Source: an uncultured Planctomycetota bacterium (GTDB taxonomy: Bacteria > Planctomycetota > Planctomycetia > Isosphaerales > Isosphaeraceae). Taken from it: a stretch of DNA of 64,000 nt. Made by a program: the position numbers and the translations under genes. The first letter of the stretch is position 1, and every line of letters begins with the position of its first letter. The notes below the pieces were generated by a model. That model was not told where the DNA came from, did no database searches, and saw only the letters and a program-made list of their open reading frames with translations. The stretch covers positions 800,001-864,000 of the forward strand of contig CAWGMQ010000010.1 in the NCBI GenBank assembly GCA_963823665.1, written 5' to 3'. Below, one piece after another: positions 1 through 13,013 of the stretch.

Positions 1-3000
1 AGTGTGCTGCCGTCGCAGAATGCGACGGTGCCGACGACCGGCGGGTTACCCGGCGACGTTGCAACGACGTTCGCGGTAAGGGTCATTCCCTGCGATCCGG
101 CCGCGGCGCTGAGTGTCGTATTAGTCACAGCCTGGATCACGTCGACGGACACGGGCGCCTCGACAGTGGCGGCTGGATAGTTCGTGTCGCCCGAGTAGAT
201 TGCCGTGATGATGTGGTTGCCGACGGCCAGAGACGCAATCGGGAGGCTGGCAGTCCCGCTGGGATCGCCCGTCGGAATGAATGGCTCGGTGCCCAGGTAA
301 GTGTTCCGGTCGTAGAAGGCGACCGACCCGGTCATCGAAGCCGAGCCTGAAGGCGTCGCGTAGAACGTAGCCGTGAGGGTTACCTCCTGGCCGTAATACG
401 ACTTCGCAAGCGAATTGACGATGACGCCGTAGATCGAACTGGCGTTAACCGTCAGCGCGCAGGTCTGACTTCCCATACCGCCGGCGCTATCTGTCACGGT
501 CACGTCCACGGTGAATGGCGAGCCAGCGGCGTTCGTCGGTTTTCCGCTCAGCAGTCCGGTGGTGCTGAGCGACAAGCCCGGCGGGAGACCGGTGGCGACG
601 AAACTGTAGCCGGTGCGCGAGCCTCCGGAGGCTGTGAGTTGCTGGCTATACGCATCGCCCACCGTCCCGGCCGGCAACGTTGCTGGGCCGATCGAAATCG
701 GTGACGTGGCGGCGACCCTGAGAGTACCGCCGACCGTGGTGAAGTTGTAGTTGGCGGCGGTCAATGTGCCGACCGCGACGGAAATCGGATACTGGCCGGG
801 AGGGCTGTTGATGGTCGCGGTCGTCGAGAGGACGGGTGCGCCGGTGATCACGCTTTGAGTGTCGCCGTTCTCGAACCCGGAGAACGCGTAAGTCAGGGGT
901 GGGTTGGCCTCGTTCGGCGGGCGAGTCAGGTCGTTGGCAGCGACGATGAGAATAGCTGGCGTGATGGAGAGTGTTCCATTCACATAGGCGATGGTGTAGT
1001 TGGAATCGACCGCGCCGCCGACGGTGATTTCATACTTGCCGGTATTACCGGTCGAGCTGGCGATCGTGCTCAGGGCCGGTAGCGTGCTGAGATTTGCCGG
1101 TGTGCCACCATTGACGAAGCCCTGGTAGCTTGCGGTGAGTGTCGGGAGCGCCGAGCCGTAGACCATGGTTTGGTTGTCGGCGGTGATGGTCAGAGCGGCC
1201 TGTGTGATGGTCAAGGTTTCGGTGGCGTAGGAGATGGAGTAGTTGGGATCGGCGGCGCCGCTTGCGGTGATGGTGTAGGGACTGCCGGAGACCTGGCTGC
1301 TCGATGAGGCCGTGGTCGTGAGCGTGGGCTGGGTGGTCAAGCTGGCCGAGGTGTCGCCGTTGACAAAGCCTGAGTAGCTCGCCGTAAGGGCCGGTGACGC
1401 CGCGCCGTATGCTTTGGTCTGGCTGTTGGCCGTGATTGTCAATCCCGCCGTGGTGACGGTGAGGCTTCCCGCGACGTACGTGATCGTGTAACTGGAATCC
1501 ACCGCGCCGCTGGCGGTGATGGTGTAAGGACTGCCCGAGACATGGCTGCTCGAGGTGGCCGTGGTCGAGAGCGTGGGCTGGGTGGTCAAGCTGGCTGAAT
1601 TGTCGCCATTGACAAAGCCGCTGTAAGTGGCCGTCAGGGCTGGAATCGCTGCTCCATAGACTTTGGACTGGTTGACGGCGGTAATGGTCAGCGCGGCCGT
1701 ATTGACCGTCTGGGTCAGGCTGGGAGACGTGCTGCCTAAAAAATCCTCCGGTTGCTGTGTAGATGACACTGATCGAATGGATTCCGGCCGTCATCGTCGA
1801 GATGGCGAACGTCGAAGTGGCCGTTGTTCCGCTGCCGCTCAACGTTGTCCCTGCGCCGAGCAAGTTTGACCCGTCATAGAATGCGACGCTGCCGGTCGGG
1901 ACGCCATCGCTGCCGCTTGTGTTCGCAACAGTGGCCGTGAAAGTTACCGTCTCGGCGTAGACAGAAGGGTTGAGCGTCGAACTGACTGTCGACGTGGTGA
2001 CCGCGCCAACGCTCGTCAACGTCACGGCATCGTTCTTGTAACTGATCTGAAACGCCTGCCCGCCGGCGACGAATGTCGACCCTTCCGGAAGAGAAGCGAA
2101 CGTGCCTGAGATCGCGGCCGTACTCTGGATGATCGTATAGGCATTGCCAACGACGGTTATGGGTTTGCCCGGGGAGACCGGGCTGGTCGCATGAGGTGTT
2201 CGATACCGACAGGTCTGCCTACGTGGCGGAGATTGACGCGACCGTCTGGCTGTTGTTGGCGAGGTCGGGGTCGGTGGTCGTCGTGCTCACGTTCGCGACG
2301 TTCGAGATCGTCGTACCGTCGGGTGTACTGGGCGATGGCATGACGACGACGGCGAAGCTTGCCGAGGCACCCGGGGCCAACGTGCCGATCGTCGCATTGA
2401 TGGTGCCGGTCCCGCCTGGCGGGGGCGTGGTGAGATTGAATGCCGGTCCCGAGATCTGCTTGGCGGAGACGAAGGTGGTGCCGGCAGGCACGACGTCTCT
2501 GAGGGCCACGGTCTGGGCGTTGCTGGGGCCGGCGCTCGAGACCGTGATTGTGTAAGTGATGGGGTTGCCGGCTATTACAGGGCCTGGTGCGATCGTATTG
2601 GTCACCGACACGTCCGCCTGTGCGGCGGTGAGATAGGTGTTGGTCTGGGTGTTGTCGGTGGGGTCGGGATCGGTGGTGGCGCCCGTGATGACTCCGGTGG
2701 TTGTGAACATCGTTCCGGCGGGCGTGCTCGGCGACAGGAGCAGCACCAGGTTGAAGCTCGCCGAGGCGCCGGCGGGCAACGTGGCGATCGACGCGGTGAT
2801 CGTGGAGTTGCCGCCCACCTGGGGGTTGGCGATCGTGAACGTGGGTCCGGACGTCTGGCCGCCGGAGATGAAGGTCAGATAGGGCGGAAGGGTGACCGAT
2901 CCCACGACGGTCTGAGCGTCGCTGGGGCCGGAGTTGGCGAGCGTGATGGTGTAAGTGATCGTTTTTCCCGCTTCGTATGGACCTGCCGAGGTTGTTGCGG

Positions 3001-4691
3001 TTGCCGATAAATCGGCCTGAGTGGCCGTGATGCTGGTGGCGATCGCGGTATTGTTGGCGAGATTGGGGTCGCTCGTCGTGGAGGTCACGCCGACGGAGTT
3101 GGCGATCGCTGTTCCGGCCGGCGTACCTGGCGACACCAGGAACACGACGGTGAAGGTTGCGGAGGCACCCGAGGCAAGCGTGGCGATCGAGGCGGTGATT
3201 GAGCCGGTGCCGCCCTGGTTGGGGCTGGTGAGGCTGAACGCAGGCCCCGAGATCTGGGTGACCGAGACAAATGTCGTATCGGCTGGCACGAGGCCGGAGG
3301 CCGACACGTTCTGGGCGTCATCGGGGCCCGCGTTTGCGATCGTGACCGTATCGGCGAGCGCAGAGCCCGCGAGGACTGTGCTGGCCGTCGTCGAGTTGGT
3401 CACTGATACGTCGGCCCCTGTCCCGGCGACGGAGCCAGTCGTGACGGTTGAGGTGTTGTTCCCAAGGTCGGGATCGGTTGTCGCGGTGCTCACGTCGGCT
3501 GTGTTGCTGATGGTCGTTCCGTTTGGCGTGCCTTGTGCGACCATGACGACCACCGTGAAGCTTGCCGAGTCGCCTGCTGGAAGCGTGCCGATCGACCCGT
3601 CGATCGTGCCAGTGCCGCCAACCGTCGGACTCGAGAGATTGAACGCAGGCCCCGAAGTCTGCTCAGCGGAGACGAACGTGGTGTTGGCCGGGACGAGGTC
3701 CGAGAGCGCCACGCTCTGGGCATCGCTCGGGCCCGTGTCCGAAACGGTGATCGTATACGGGATCGGGTCGCCCGCGAGCACTGGGCCGGGCGCGATCGTT
3801 TGATTTACTGACAGGTCAGCCTGCGTGGCGGTGAGGTTTGATACCGTAGTGCTGTTGTTAGCGAGATTCGTGTCGCTCGTGTCGGAGTGAATCGTCGTCG
3901 TGTCGGTGATCGTCGTTCCGGCCGGCGTACTGGGGAGAACCTGGACGACGAACGTGAAGCTCGCCGATGCGCCCGCGGGGAAGGTGGCGATGAACGCAAC
4001 GTCGTTGCTGCCGGGCGATGCCGCGCCGAACGGAGGCCCCGAAGTCTGCGCTTAGGAGACGAAGGACGTATTGGCCGGCACCAGGTTCGACGCGCGCACG
4101 TTCTGGGCGTCGCTGGGGCCGGCGTTTGCGAGGGTGATCGTGTAGGCGATCAGGTTGCCGGCCAAGATCGTGCCGGAGGGTGCCGAGGTCGTCGCCGATA
4201 AGTCCGCCTGCGTGGCGGTCAGATTCGTGATGGTCTGGCTGTTGTTAGCGGGGTTGGGATCGTCGGAGGATGTGGTCACGCTCGCCGTGGCCGAGATTGT
4301 CGTTCCCGCCGGGGTGCTGGGCGATATCAGAACCACGATGTTAAAAGTCGCCTGCGCCTGAGCCAAGCGTGCCGATCGTCCCGGAGATCGCGCCGGTGCC
4401 ACCGGGGGCGGGAGTGGCCAGATTGAACGAGGGTCCGGAGGTCTGTGAGTCGGAAACAAAGGTGGAGTTGGCCGGCACGACGGTCGAGAGCGCCACGGTC
4501 TGGGCGGCATCAGGACCGGCGTTTGCGACAGTGACGGTGTACGAGACATTGTTGCCCGACAGGAAGGGGCCGGACGAGGTGGTCATATTCACCGATAAAT
4601 CCGCGATCGAGAGCAGGACTCGATCTTCACATTCTTCAATTGCTGGTATCGATCGGCGGGTTCGGCGCGAGTTTCGATGTGTCAAAGACAT
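1..4691 (-). pseudogene. Large planctomycete surface protein/adhesin (LEPR-XLL N-terminus, ~7 DUF11 repeats, then Ig-like and MBG repeats); interrupted, runs off the window start
   Basis: ATG 4691 gives MSLTHRNSRR..IEECEDRVLLS (LEPR-XLL-like). Repeated ADLSV..YTITV.N.GPSDAQ..D.N.ANN (DUF11) in ORFs 4341-4793, 4052-4549 and 2219-3781. Ig-like and LTITA...K.YG (MBG) repeats lie below 2025. In-frame TAA at 4052, in-frame TAG at 2219, frameshifts near 4360, 2160 and 1740. Confidence 0.8.
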
Positions 4692-5217
4692 CGGTAAGGG
4701 CTCCCGGTGGGTTGGCTCGTGTGACGCACGTTGTGCGGAGCGAAAGCGACTGGTTTCTCTCAGGAGCGAAGAGAAGCCATTCATGGCGGGCAACCATAGC
4801 CCGGATGTCGCGCTAAAAAGATCCGACGTGGTCTTAGCTTCGAGTGCTGGACCAGGTCGGCTTACGCGTCAACGAGCCGCCCGACCTAGCCGGGCTGCCG
4901 TATATCTCGTCGTCCAACTTAATTCAGTAATGCTGAGATCGGAGCTGCGGGCGAACTTGCGTGAAGCCACGCTCACTCACTGTTAAAGATTGCGAGCATT
5001 CCCGAGGCGACAACCGTGGGAAGCCAATCCGGCTCGAGCGGGCCGAGTTTGTCCAGAAATTCACCTCGCATCCGGCTCGTGGTTTTCGGCATGCGAATTG
5101 CCAGTCTATGAGAACCATGATGTCGTCCCGGTTTCGGCGAACTCTTCGCTCCCGTTTTGTGCGGGGCGGTTGGCACGATTTCGGGCGCAGGGCGCACGTT
5201 TATTGAAGGAGACTTCG

Positions 5218-5346
5218 ATGCTGGTTCTCGCACAGCCGCCAGTGGTGTTCGCAGCGATCGGGTATTCGATTATCTACCTGCTGCTCGGTGGTGGACTCGG
5301 TGGTGCAATTCTCATTTTCATCGTTGCGAAGATGCTGGGTAAGTAG
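5218..5346 (+). CDS. Small 42-aa membrane protein
   Basis: AAGGAG RBS before ATG 5218; MLVLAQPPVVFAAIGYSIIYLLLGGGLGGAILIFIVAKMLGK is hydrophobic with a GGGLGG turn. Confidence 0.7.
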   Translation: MLVLAQPPVVFAAIGYSIIYLLLGGGLGGAILIFIVAKMLGK

Positions 5347-5847
5347 CGAAGTTGCCGACACGGAAGGGATAATGCAATCAGCATCGATGAATGGCTTGCG
5401 GTCGAGGGAGACACCGAGCCGGTGAGGAGAGGCGACGCCGAGTGAGCAGGCGCGCGCCAATTGTGTCGCGTCAACTTTCGGGGTGCGCGCGAAAACTGGC
5501 GCGGCACCCCGTTTGGCTTTTGAGCATGGCGCGACAATGGAGCGAGCCAGTCAGAATGCCATCGAGGTTTCTTCGCCGTCGAAGATCAGTTCTTCGTGGA
5601 TCTGAGCGGTCATGTATCTGTCTCCGCCGCCAATAAGAAAGTTAGTTTGTATTGGCTGCGACCTGGGTGTCGCAAGTCGTGGTTTATGGGTATTCGTGGC
5701 GTGACAAGGTTTCACGTCGTTGGATCAAAGGGTATGATATCCTGACGAGGCGCTCGAGCGAATCTTGTAAATCAACCAGCGCCGGGTGACGATCCGGGTT
5801 GAATCACGCGCACTATTGCCGCTCGCACGGCGGGCCAGCGTGCGGGC

Positions 5848-7946
5848 GTGCAACTGCTCTGCACGCACGGGATCTCCCGCAGGGTCAGTCGAACGGCCCG
5901 GCTGGGGCTACGTTTGGTGGCGTACAGGCACGGCGGCGACGAGGAGGAGACCGCCCTGAATACGTTTGAAGCGAGCGATGCGGTCTGCCGCGGCTTCGAG
6001 GCTGACTGGCGCGACGGCAAGCAGCCGCGTGTGGACGCCTACCTGGTAGACGTCCCCGCTGAAGCTCGCCCGGCACTTCAGGCAAAGCTTGAGGCACTCT
6101 TAGGCGAGCTGGAGCAGGGCGCCGCGATTCGACAGACCGCGACAACAGCGGCGCCGTCTGGCGGGAGCGCGAGAGTTTCGCCGGGCGCGGTTGCCACTGT
6201 CGACTTCGCGGGCATCGCTCAGCGCATTGACGAAGTCGTAACCCTGGCACGCACCGGTGCCGGCCCGGCGACGGGATATGACACGCCGAGCGGCGGGGCG
6301 CCGGACCTGGGCGAGGAGAATCGGCGTCTTCTCGAAGCGCTGGCGCCGCCGCGGGAGCCGGGGGAGCTTGGCTGGCTGGGAGCGTACAGGGTGCTTGATG
6401 TCGTCGGGGCCGGGGGAATGGGGGTCGTCTTCCGTGCCCAAGACTCGCAGCTTCACCGCGAGATCGCGCTCGAAGACGCTGCGCCCGGAGCTGGCAGTCA
6501 CCCCGGCGAACCTCGCGCGGTTTTTGCGCGAGGCGCGGGCAACGGCCGCTCTGCAGCACGACCACATCGTGACGATCTACCATGTGGGCGAGGAGCGCGG
6601 CGTGCCATTCCTTGCGATGCCGCTGCTCCGTGGCAAGACCCTGGAGGACCGACTTGCCGAGAAGCCCAGGCTGAGCTTCGCCGAGATCCTGCGAATCGGC
6701 CGCGAGGCCGCAGAGGGCCTGGCCGAGGCGCACGGACATGGTCTTGTCCACCGCGACATCAAGCCGAGGAACATGTGGCTCGAGGCGCCGAGCGCGCGGG
6801 TCAAGCTGCTCGATTTCGGGCTTGTTCGCTCTGACGGCGAGGAGCTGGGCGTCACGCGGTCGGGCATGATCCTGGGAACGCCGGCTTACATGTCGCCGGA
6901 ACAGGCCGGCGGGCGCACCGTCGATCACCGAAGCGATCTGTTCAGCCTGGGCTGCGTGCTTTACCGCCTGGCCACGGGGCGGCCGCCGTTTGCGGGGTCC
7001 GATCCGATCTCAACTCTCGTGGCCGTGGCCTCGGCGCACCCGAGCCCGCCCAGCGAGGTCGATCCTGCTGTGCCGACGGCGACTTTCCCTGCTGATCATG
7101 AAGCTCCTCGAGAAGAATCCGGACGACCGTCCGAAGTCGGCCCGCGCTCTGGCCGACGTTCTGGCGTCGATCGAGACGGGATCGCCTGCTCCGGCAGTCG
7201 CCCCTCGTCAACCCGCGGCGCCCCGAGCTCCGACTGTGGTCCAACCGAAGCCCGCGGCTGCACCTGAGCCGGTGCGAACGCGGAAGGAGCCCGAGCCGCG
7301 TCGGCGCGCGTCGGGATGTGTGAAGGCGCTAGCCGGCTGCGGCATTCTGACTCTCGCCTTCCTCATACTGTTCGTGGTCGGTACCGCCATGCTATTGACC
7401 AGGGGGCTTCCGAAACTGATCAACTTCGTCACCGAGGAAACGAAGCGGCAGAATGACTGGGCCAAGGTCGCACGTGAGTGGAGGGCTCCGCCGGAGGACG
7501 CCGGGCCGGACCGACTCTTCCCCGAAGAAGTCGCGGACCTGGACCTTGACCATCACGACACCGACGTCGATCTCTTCTATCTGGGGATCGAGATCCCGGG
7601 CAAACATGCGGTGTATGGCGAGGGAGCGACTGCGGTCGAAGTCTTCATTTTCCGCGTAACAGCGCTGGAGAGGGAGGCCTTGTACAAGAGAGCGCTCGAG
7701 GGACCGAAGGCAGGCGAACAGCCGCCGCCGGGTCAGGTGAATGTCAGGCGGCAGAACTTCCGCGTCACTCACGGGACGCCTCAGGACCCACTTCTTTGGT
7801 ACAGCATGAGCCCGCCCGACGAGAAGGGCGTCTTGTGGTGGGATAAAGGCTGGCTGTTCGTGGCCCGTTCAACCGGCGGCGATGATCCCGAGCCCTTCTT
7901 GCGTGAATTCGTGACAGCCTTGAGCGGAGGCGAAGCCGGGAAGTGA
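5848..7946 (+). CDS. Hanks-type Ser/Thr protein kinase with TM helix and C-terminal extracytoplasmic domain (frameshifted near 6470 and 7085; start uncertain)
   Basis: GAGGMGVV, HRDIKPRN, DFG and GTPAYMSPEQ spread over three overlapping ORFs; TM segment GILTLAFLILFVVGTAMLL. Confidence 0.85.
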
Positions 7947-8003
7947 CATTGTCGCGACGCCCCGCCCGAAGAAAGAGCTCGGGAATGGGCGCGCGACCGA
8001 GCG

Positions 8004-8081
8004 TGCTAGGAATTTAGCAGTGAGTGCTTGACACCGCGTCGCCGCCTGCTAGTATGTTAGCAGAGTGCTGCTTTTTTAGCA
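8004..8081 (+). promoter_or_regulatory. sigma70-type promoter overlapped by three palindromic TGCTA-N6-TAGCA operators upstream of blaI-like gene
   Basis: TTGACA 8028-8033 and TAGTAT 8050-8055; palindromes at 8004-8019, 8047-8062 and 8066-8081 (last has one mismatch). Confidence 0.75.
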
Positions 8082-8148
8082 GGATGCGTCGCGGGATTCG
8101 CGGACGCTCCGGAAGAGAGCACGACGGGACAAACGGAGATCGGAGCCA

Positions 8149-8538
8149 ATGACGGGGCACATGCACCAGTCGCTGAGTCGCCGGGAGCGGCAGATCATGG
8201 ACGTTGTCTACCGCCTGGGCCGGGCGACGGCGGCCGAGGTTCAGGAGGCGCTTCCCGACCCGCCGGGCTACTCGGCCGTCCGGGCTTTGCTCCGGATCCT
8301 GGAGGACAAGGGACACATCCGGCACGAACAAGACGGCCCGCGCTACGTCTTTCTGCCGACCCTTTCGCGCGACAAGGCCCGGCGCTCGGCGCTAAAGCAA
8401 CTGGTGCAAACGTTCTTCGAGGGCTCGACGGCCCAGGCAGTCGCCGCGCTGCTGGGCGAGCGCCGCTCGGACCTGAGCGACCAAGATCTCGACCGGCTTT
8501 CCCGGCTGATCGACCAGGCTCGCCGGGAGGAACGCTGA
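8149..8538 (+). CDS. BlaI/MecI/CopY family transcriptional repressor
   Basis: LSRRERQIMDVVY..ATAAEV..YSAVRALLRILEDKGHI..TFFEGS. Confidence 0.92.
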   Translation: MTGHMHQSLSRRERQIMDVVYRLGRATAAEVQEALPDPPGYSAVRALLRILEDKGHIRHEQDGPRYVFLPTLSRDKARRSALKQLVQTFFEGSTAQAVAALLGERRSDLSDQDLDRLSRLIDQARREER

Positions 8539-8591
8539 TACAGCCGCTCTATTGTGGGGTGATTTCGATCGAATATGGGAGGGCCAGGGCG

Positions 8592-11500
8592 ATGCACGAT
8601 CCGTGGGGAATCCTGAGCGCTTTTGGAACCGATGGGACGATGGCCGGGCTATCGTGCGTCGCCAAGGCGGCCGGTATTTTGGCCGGCGCCTGGCTGGTGG
8701 CGCTCGCGTTATCGCGCAGGGCCGCGGCGACGCGGCACCTGGTGTGGTTCCTCGGGCTGGCCGGAGCGCTGGCCGTGCTTCCGCTGGAATACGCACTGCC
8801 TCGATGGGGAGTACCGGTGCTACCGCCGACGGAGGAGGTCAAGCCGGCACTGGCGTCGAGCCCAGTGCCGGAAGCTCAACCCGCCGATAGTCCGGCTGTC
8901 ACCGAACTACGGATCGTGCCGAGCGAGTCCCTTGCTTTGTCGCATTCGCCGCGGGCGTTACCAAGTGAGCCGAACACCGCCAAGGTTCCCCTGCTGGCGT
9001 GGCCGCTGGCAATCTGGGGAATCGGCACGCTCGCGGTGCTCGCCTGGGGCGCGGCCGGGTGGGCTGCAATGTGGTGGTTGGGGCGAAACGCAAAGCGCGT
9101 GACTGACCCGCTCTGGGTCGAAGCAGCCCGCGAGGCGGCCGCGCAACTTCGGACTCGCAGCGTTGTGACGCTGTTGCGCGGTGGAGCGGCGGCCATGCCG
9201 CTCACGTGGGGCGTCTTGCGGCCGATGCTGCTTTTGCCTGACGAGGCCGACGTCTGGCCGGTCGAGCGCCGGCGTGCCGTCCTGTTGCACGAGCTGGCGC
9301 ACGTTCGGCGCCGCGATTGCCTGACGCAATGGCTGGGCCTGGCGGCCTGCGCGGCTTACTGGTTCAATCCGTTGGCCTGGTGGGCGGCGTCGCGGCTTCG
9401 GTGCGAGCGTGAGCAAGCATGCGACGATCTCGTGCTGGAAGCGGGCGAGTGGCCATCGGACTACGCCGCACAGCTCCTCGACGTGGCGCGGTCGCTTCGC
9501 CCCGCACGCCCGATGGCCCCTGGGGTGATGGCGATGGCGCGGCCGTCGGGCCTGGAACGGCGGCTCCTGGCGATCCTCGACGCACACCGCAATCGCCGAA
9601 GCCCGACGCGCTGGCTGGTGGTCTCGTGCCTGGCGGCAGTGCTCGCCATCGCGGCGACGCTTGCCACGCTGCGGCTGGTCGCCAAGGAGCCGCCCCGAAA
9701 GGTGGTCAGCGGGCAGGTTGTCGGTTCCGACGGGAAACCGCTCGAAGGGGCCGATGTGGTCGTGATCGCGTCGCGGTATCAGTGGCGTTACAGCGACTCA
9801 AAGGACCAGTTGCTGGGCCGCGGCCGATCAGACGAGCAGGGGCGGTTTCGTGTCGAGCTCAGCGGCCGACCGGAGAGCGAGCGAGGGCAGGGTCACTCTC
9901 GTGGCCACGGCGCGCGGATACGGCTACGTAGCCAAGGAGCTTGCCGAACTGAATGCCGCGATCGACGGGCGTATTGCGGCTGGATTCCGAACAGCCGGTT
10001 GAAGTCCGGCTCGTCAACCTTGAAGGCGCGCCGATCGCCGGCGCGGAGATCTCGCCTGCCGGGGCCTATCCGGCAAAGGGCGGCACCGGCCTGGCTTTTG
10101 ATATCCCAATCCGCGAGTTTCTGCCCCTGCTCGCTCAGAAATGGAAGAGCGACCAGGACGGCCGGTTCACGATGTTGGGCTACGGGCCGGATCAAACGGT
10201 CTCTGTCGACGGTCAGCGCGCCTGGCTTTGGCAAGCAGGTTTCGGATATTGCCATCAAACCCGGCATGGGCACAACGGCGCTCACGCTCGGGCGTGCCCA
10301 CATCGTCGAAGGCCAGGTGACGCTCGGCAAGAGTGGCCCGCCTGCCGCCGGAGCACGGATCGAGACCCGAAGCATGTCCGAGAGACACGGGATCGGCATG
10401 ACTGTCGGCAATGACGAAGTGACCACCGACAAGGACGGGCGGTACCGGATCGATGCAGCCCCCGGCGCCTCGATCGTACTCATGGCCATCCCACCCCGCG
10501 CCGGAGCCGATGGATACCTGTTGCGCGGCCATCTCGTCGTGCCCGGCGACTCGATCACTTCGCACGTCGATTTCGCCCTTCCCAAAGGCGTATTGGTCCG
10601 CGGCCGCGTGACCGAGGCCGGCACCGGAGCCGGCCAGTCGCCGGGGCGGTCGTCCATCATCAGGCCCATAAACGGAACAATCCATTCTTCATCAAGGGTG
10701 ACCCGGTCGTATTCAATTCGGATGATCAACAAGTGGTCACCGCGGCCGACGGCACGTTCCGCCTGGGCATCATGCCGGGGCCCGGTTATCTGCTCGTGAA
10801 AGGGCCGACGGATGATTATCTTCACGAGGAGATTTCATCGATGGAGCTTGCCGGTCAGCTCCATTGGCCGAACACGCGCACTTATCCCGACGCATTCCGC
10901 AAGCTCAGTCCGACGCCCGACGAGAGCCCGGTTGATGTGGAACTCAAGCTGCGGCGCGGCGCCACGGTGCGCGGCCGTCTCGTCGATCCAAGCGGTCAGC
11001 CGGTGCGCGAAGCGGTGCTTCTCTCCCGCTGGTATCTTTCGTTCAAGGGCATGACGGTCAATCACTGGCCGGCCTGGAAGACGTTGCGCGACGGCCGCTT
11101 CGAGCTGCACGGCTGTGACCCCGACTCATCGACCTCGGTGCTCTTCCTCGACGCCAAGAGACAGCGCGGCGCAGTCGTCGAGCTTTCCGGCAAGCAGTCC
11201 GGAGAAGATGTCGAGGTCAAGATGGAGCCCTGCGGCATCGGCCACGGTCCGCCTTGTGGACGAGCAGGGCAAGCCCTTGCGCGCCGGGCGCAGGGCGGCG
11301 AACCTCGAGGTCGTGCTGACTCCGGGGCCATCGATTGTGGAGGTCATGATGGGAGATCGCAATGACGAGCCCACTCACGGCCGACGCCATCCACTGTCGC
11401 CAACCTCGACCATGACCGCTACCGCGACCTGAAGACGGATGCCGACGGCCGGATGACCTTCCCGACGCTGATCCCCGGCGCGACCTACCGGATCTCCGTG

Positions 11501-11602
11501 TACAACCAGCCGGTCAAGACACAGATCGAGTTCACCGTTAGGCCGGGCGAATTGAAGGACCTCGGCGACTTGAAGGTCCGTAACCTCAGAGATGCGGGGT
11601 GA
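8592..11602 (+). CDS. BlaR1/M56 family metallopeptidase with carboxypeptidase-regulatory-like repeat domains (several frameshifts; start approximate)
   Basis: AATRHLVW, PLTWGVLRP, LLHELAHVRRRD (HExxH), YWFNPLAW, EREQACDD; C-terminal G.V...DGKP / TD.DG.Y repeats across ORFs 8559, 9953 and 10733; stop TGA 11600-11602. Confidence 0.85.
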
Positions 11603-11606
11603 GGCC

Positions 11607-12995
11607 ATGACGAGGATCGACACCACAGCATGGGCGGCGTTCGAGCCCACGCCCGACGACCCGTGGGACCTGCGCAAGGTGGCCCATCTGCATCGGCGCG
11701 CGGGCTTCGGCGCGACGCGCGGCGGAGCTGCGGCGCGACCTCGCCGCTGGCCCGGCCGAGAGCGTGGGACGGCTGTTCAAGCCGCCCGAGCCCTCGGACG
11801 AGGAAAAGGCCGTCTGCGAGGGGCTAAGGGTGGGTGCCGTCGGTTCGTCCGATCCGAGACGGCTGCGCGCGTACTGGCTCTATCGCATGCTTTTCGGCGG
11901 CGACCCGCTCCGCGAGCGATTGACGCTTTTCTGGCACGGACACTTCGCAACCAGCCTGACGAAGGTCGACAGTGTGACTGCTCTGTCCGCGCAGGTCGAG
12001 ACGCTCCGGCGAACACGCGCTGGGCGGCTTCGCCGGGCTGCTCGAAGCGATGATCGCCGACGCGGCCATGCTCGTCTGGCTCGACGGCGGGACCAGCCGT
12101 CGCGAACGGCCCAACGAGAACTTCGCCCGCGAATATCTCGAATTGTTCACGCTGGGGCCGGGCGCTTACACGGAGCAAGATCATCCGCGAGGCCGCCCGC
12201 GCCTTCACCGGCTGGGTGCCCGAAGGGAGATCGCGGACGCCCGGCGATGCCAACCCGAGTTTCGCATTCGACGACGAGGCTCACGACGCTGGCCCTCAAG
12301 ACGTTCCAGGGCCAGACCGGTCCGTGGAAGGCCGCCGACATCGTGCGGATCACGCTCCAACGCCCCGAAGCGGCGCGGCATCTGGCGTGCAAGCTCTACC
12401 GCGCGTTCGTGGCCGAGGAGCCGGAGCCCGCACCCGAGCTGATCGAGCCCCTGGCCGATGCTCTGCGGTCAAGCGACTATTCGATTCAGCGCGTGATGGA
12501 CATGATCTTGCGGTCGAGGCATTTCTACTCGAAAGCGTCGTATCGACATCGCATCAAGTCGCCCGTCGAGTACACGGTCGGCCTGCTGCGCGACCTGGAA
12601 ATCCCGCGGTCGAAGGTCAACCTGATGGCGGCAGCCACGGCCTGCACGAGGCAGGGCCAGGAACTCTTCGCGCCACCCAGCGTGAAAGGTTGGGAAGGCG
12701 GAAGCTCATGGATCAACAGCAGCACGATTCTCGAGCGCCTCAACTGGGCGACGGATGTTGTCTGGGGCAACGCTGAACGCGGCATCGCTGCCGTTCGACC
12801 CGATCGCCTGGCTTCACGACCACGGCGTGAAACGCGATCGAGCCGCCCAAGCGTTCGTGAGCCTGCTGCTTCAAGATGACCTCGCAGCCGAGGCGAGAGA
12901 CTCGATTCTGGCCGCCGGCCGCGACCAGAGCCCCGTCGGGATTCGCAAAGCCCTCGCAGCGCGTGCTTCATTGCCCCGAATTCCAGCTTGCCTGA
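11607..12995 (+). CDS. DUF1800 domain protein (frameshifted)
   Basis: [64 protein letters not shown]. Confidence 0.88.
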
Positions 12996-13013
12996 CCGAG
13001 AGGAGGACCGATC

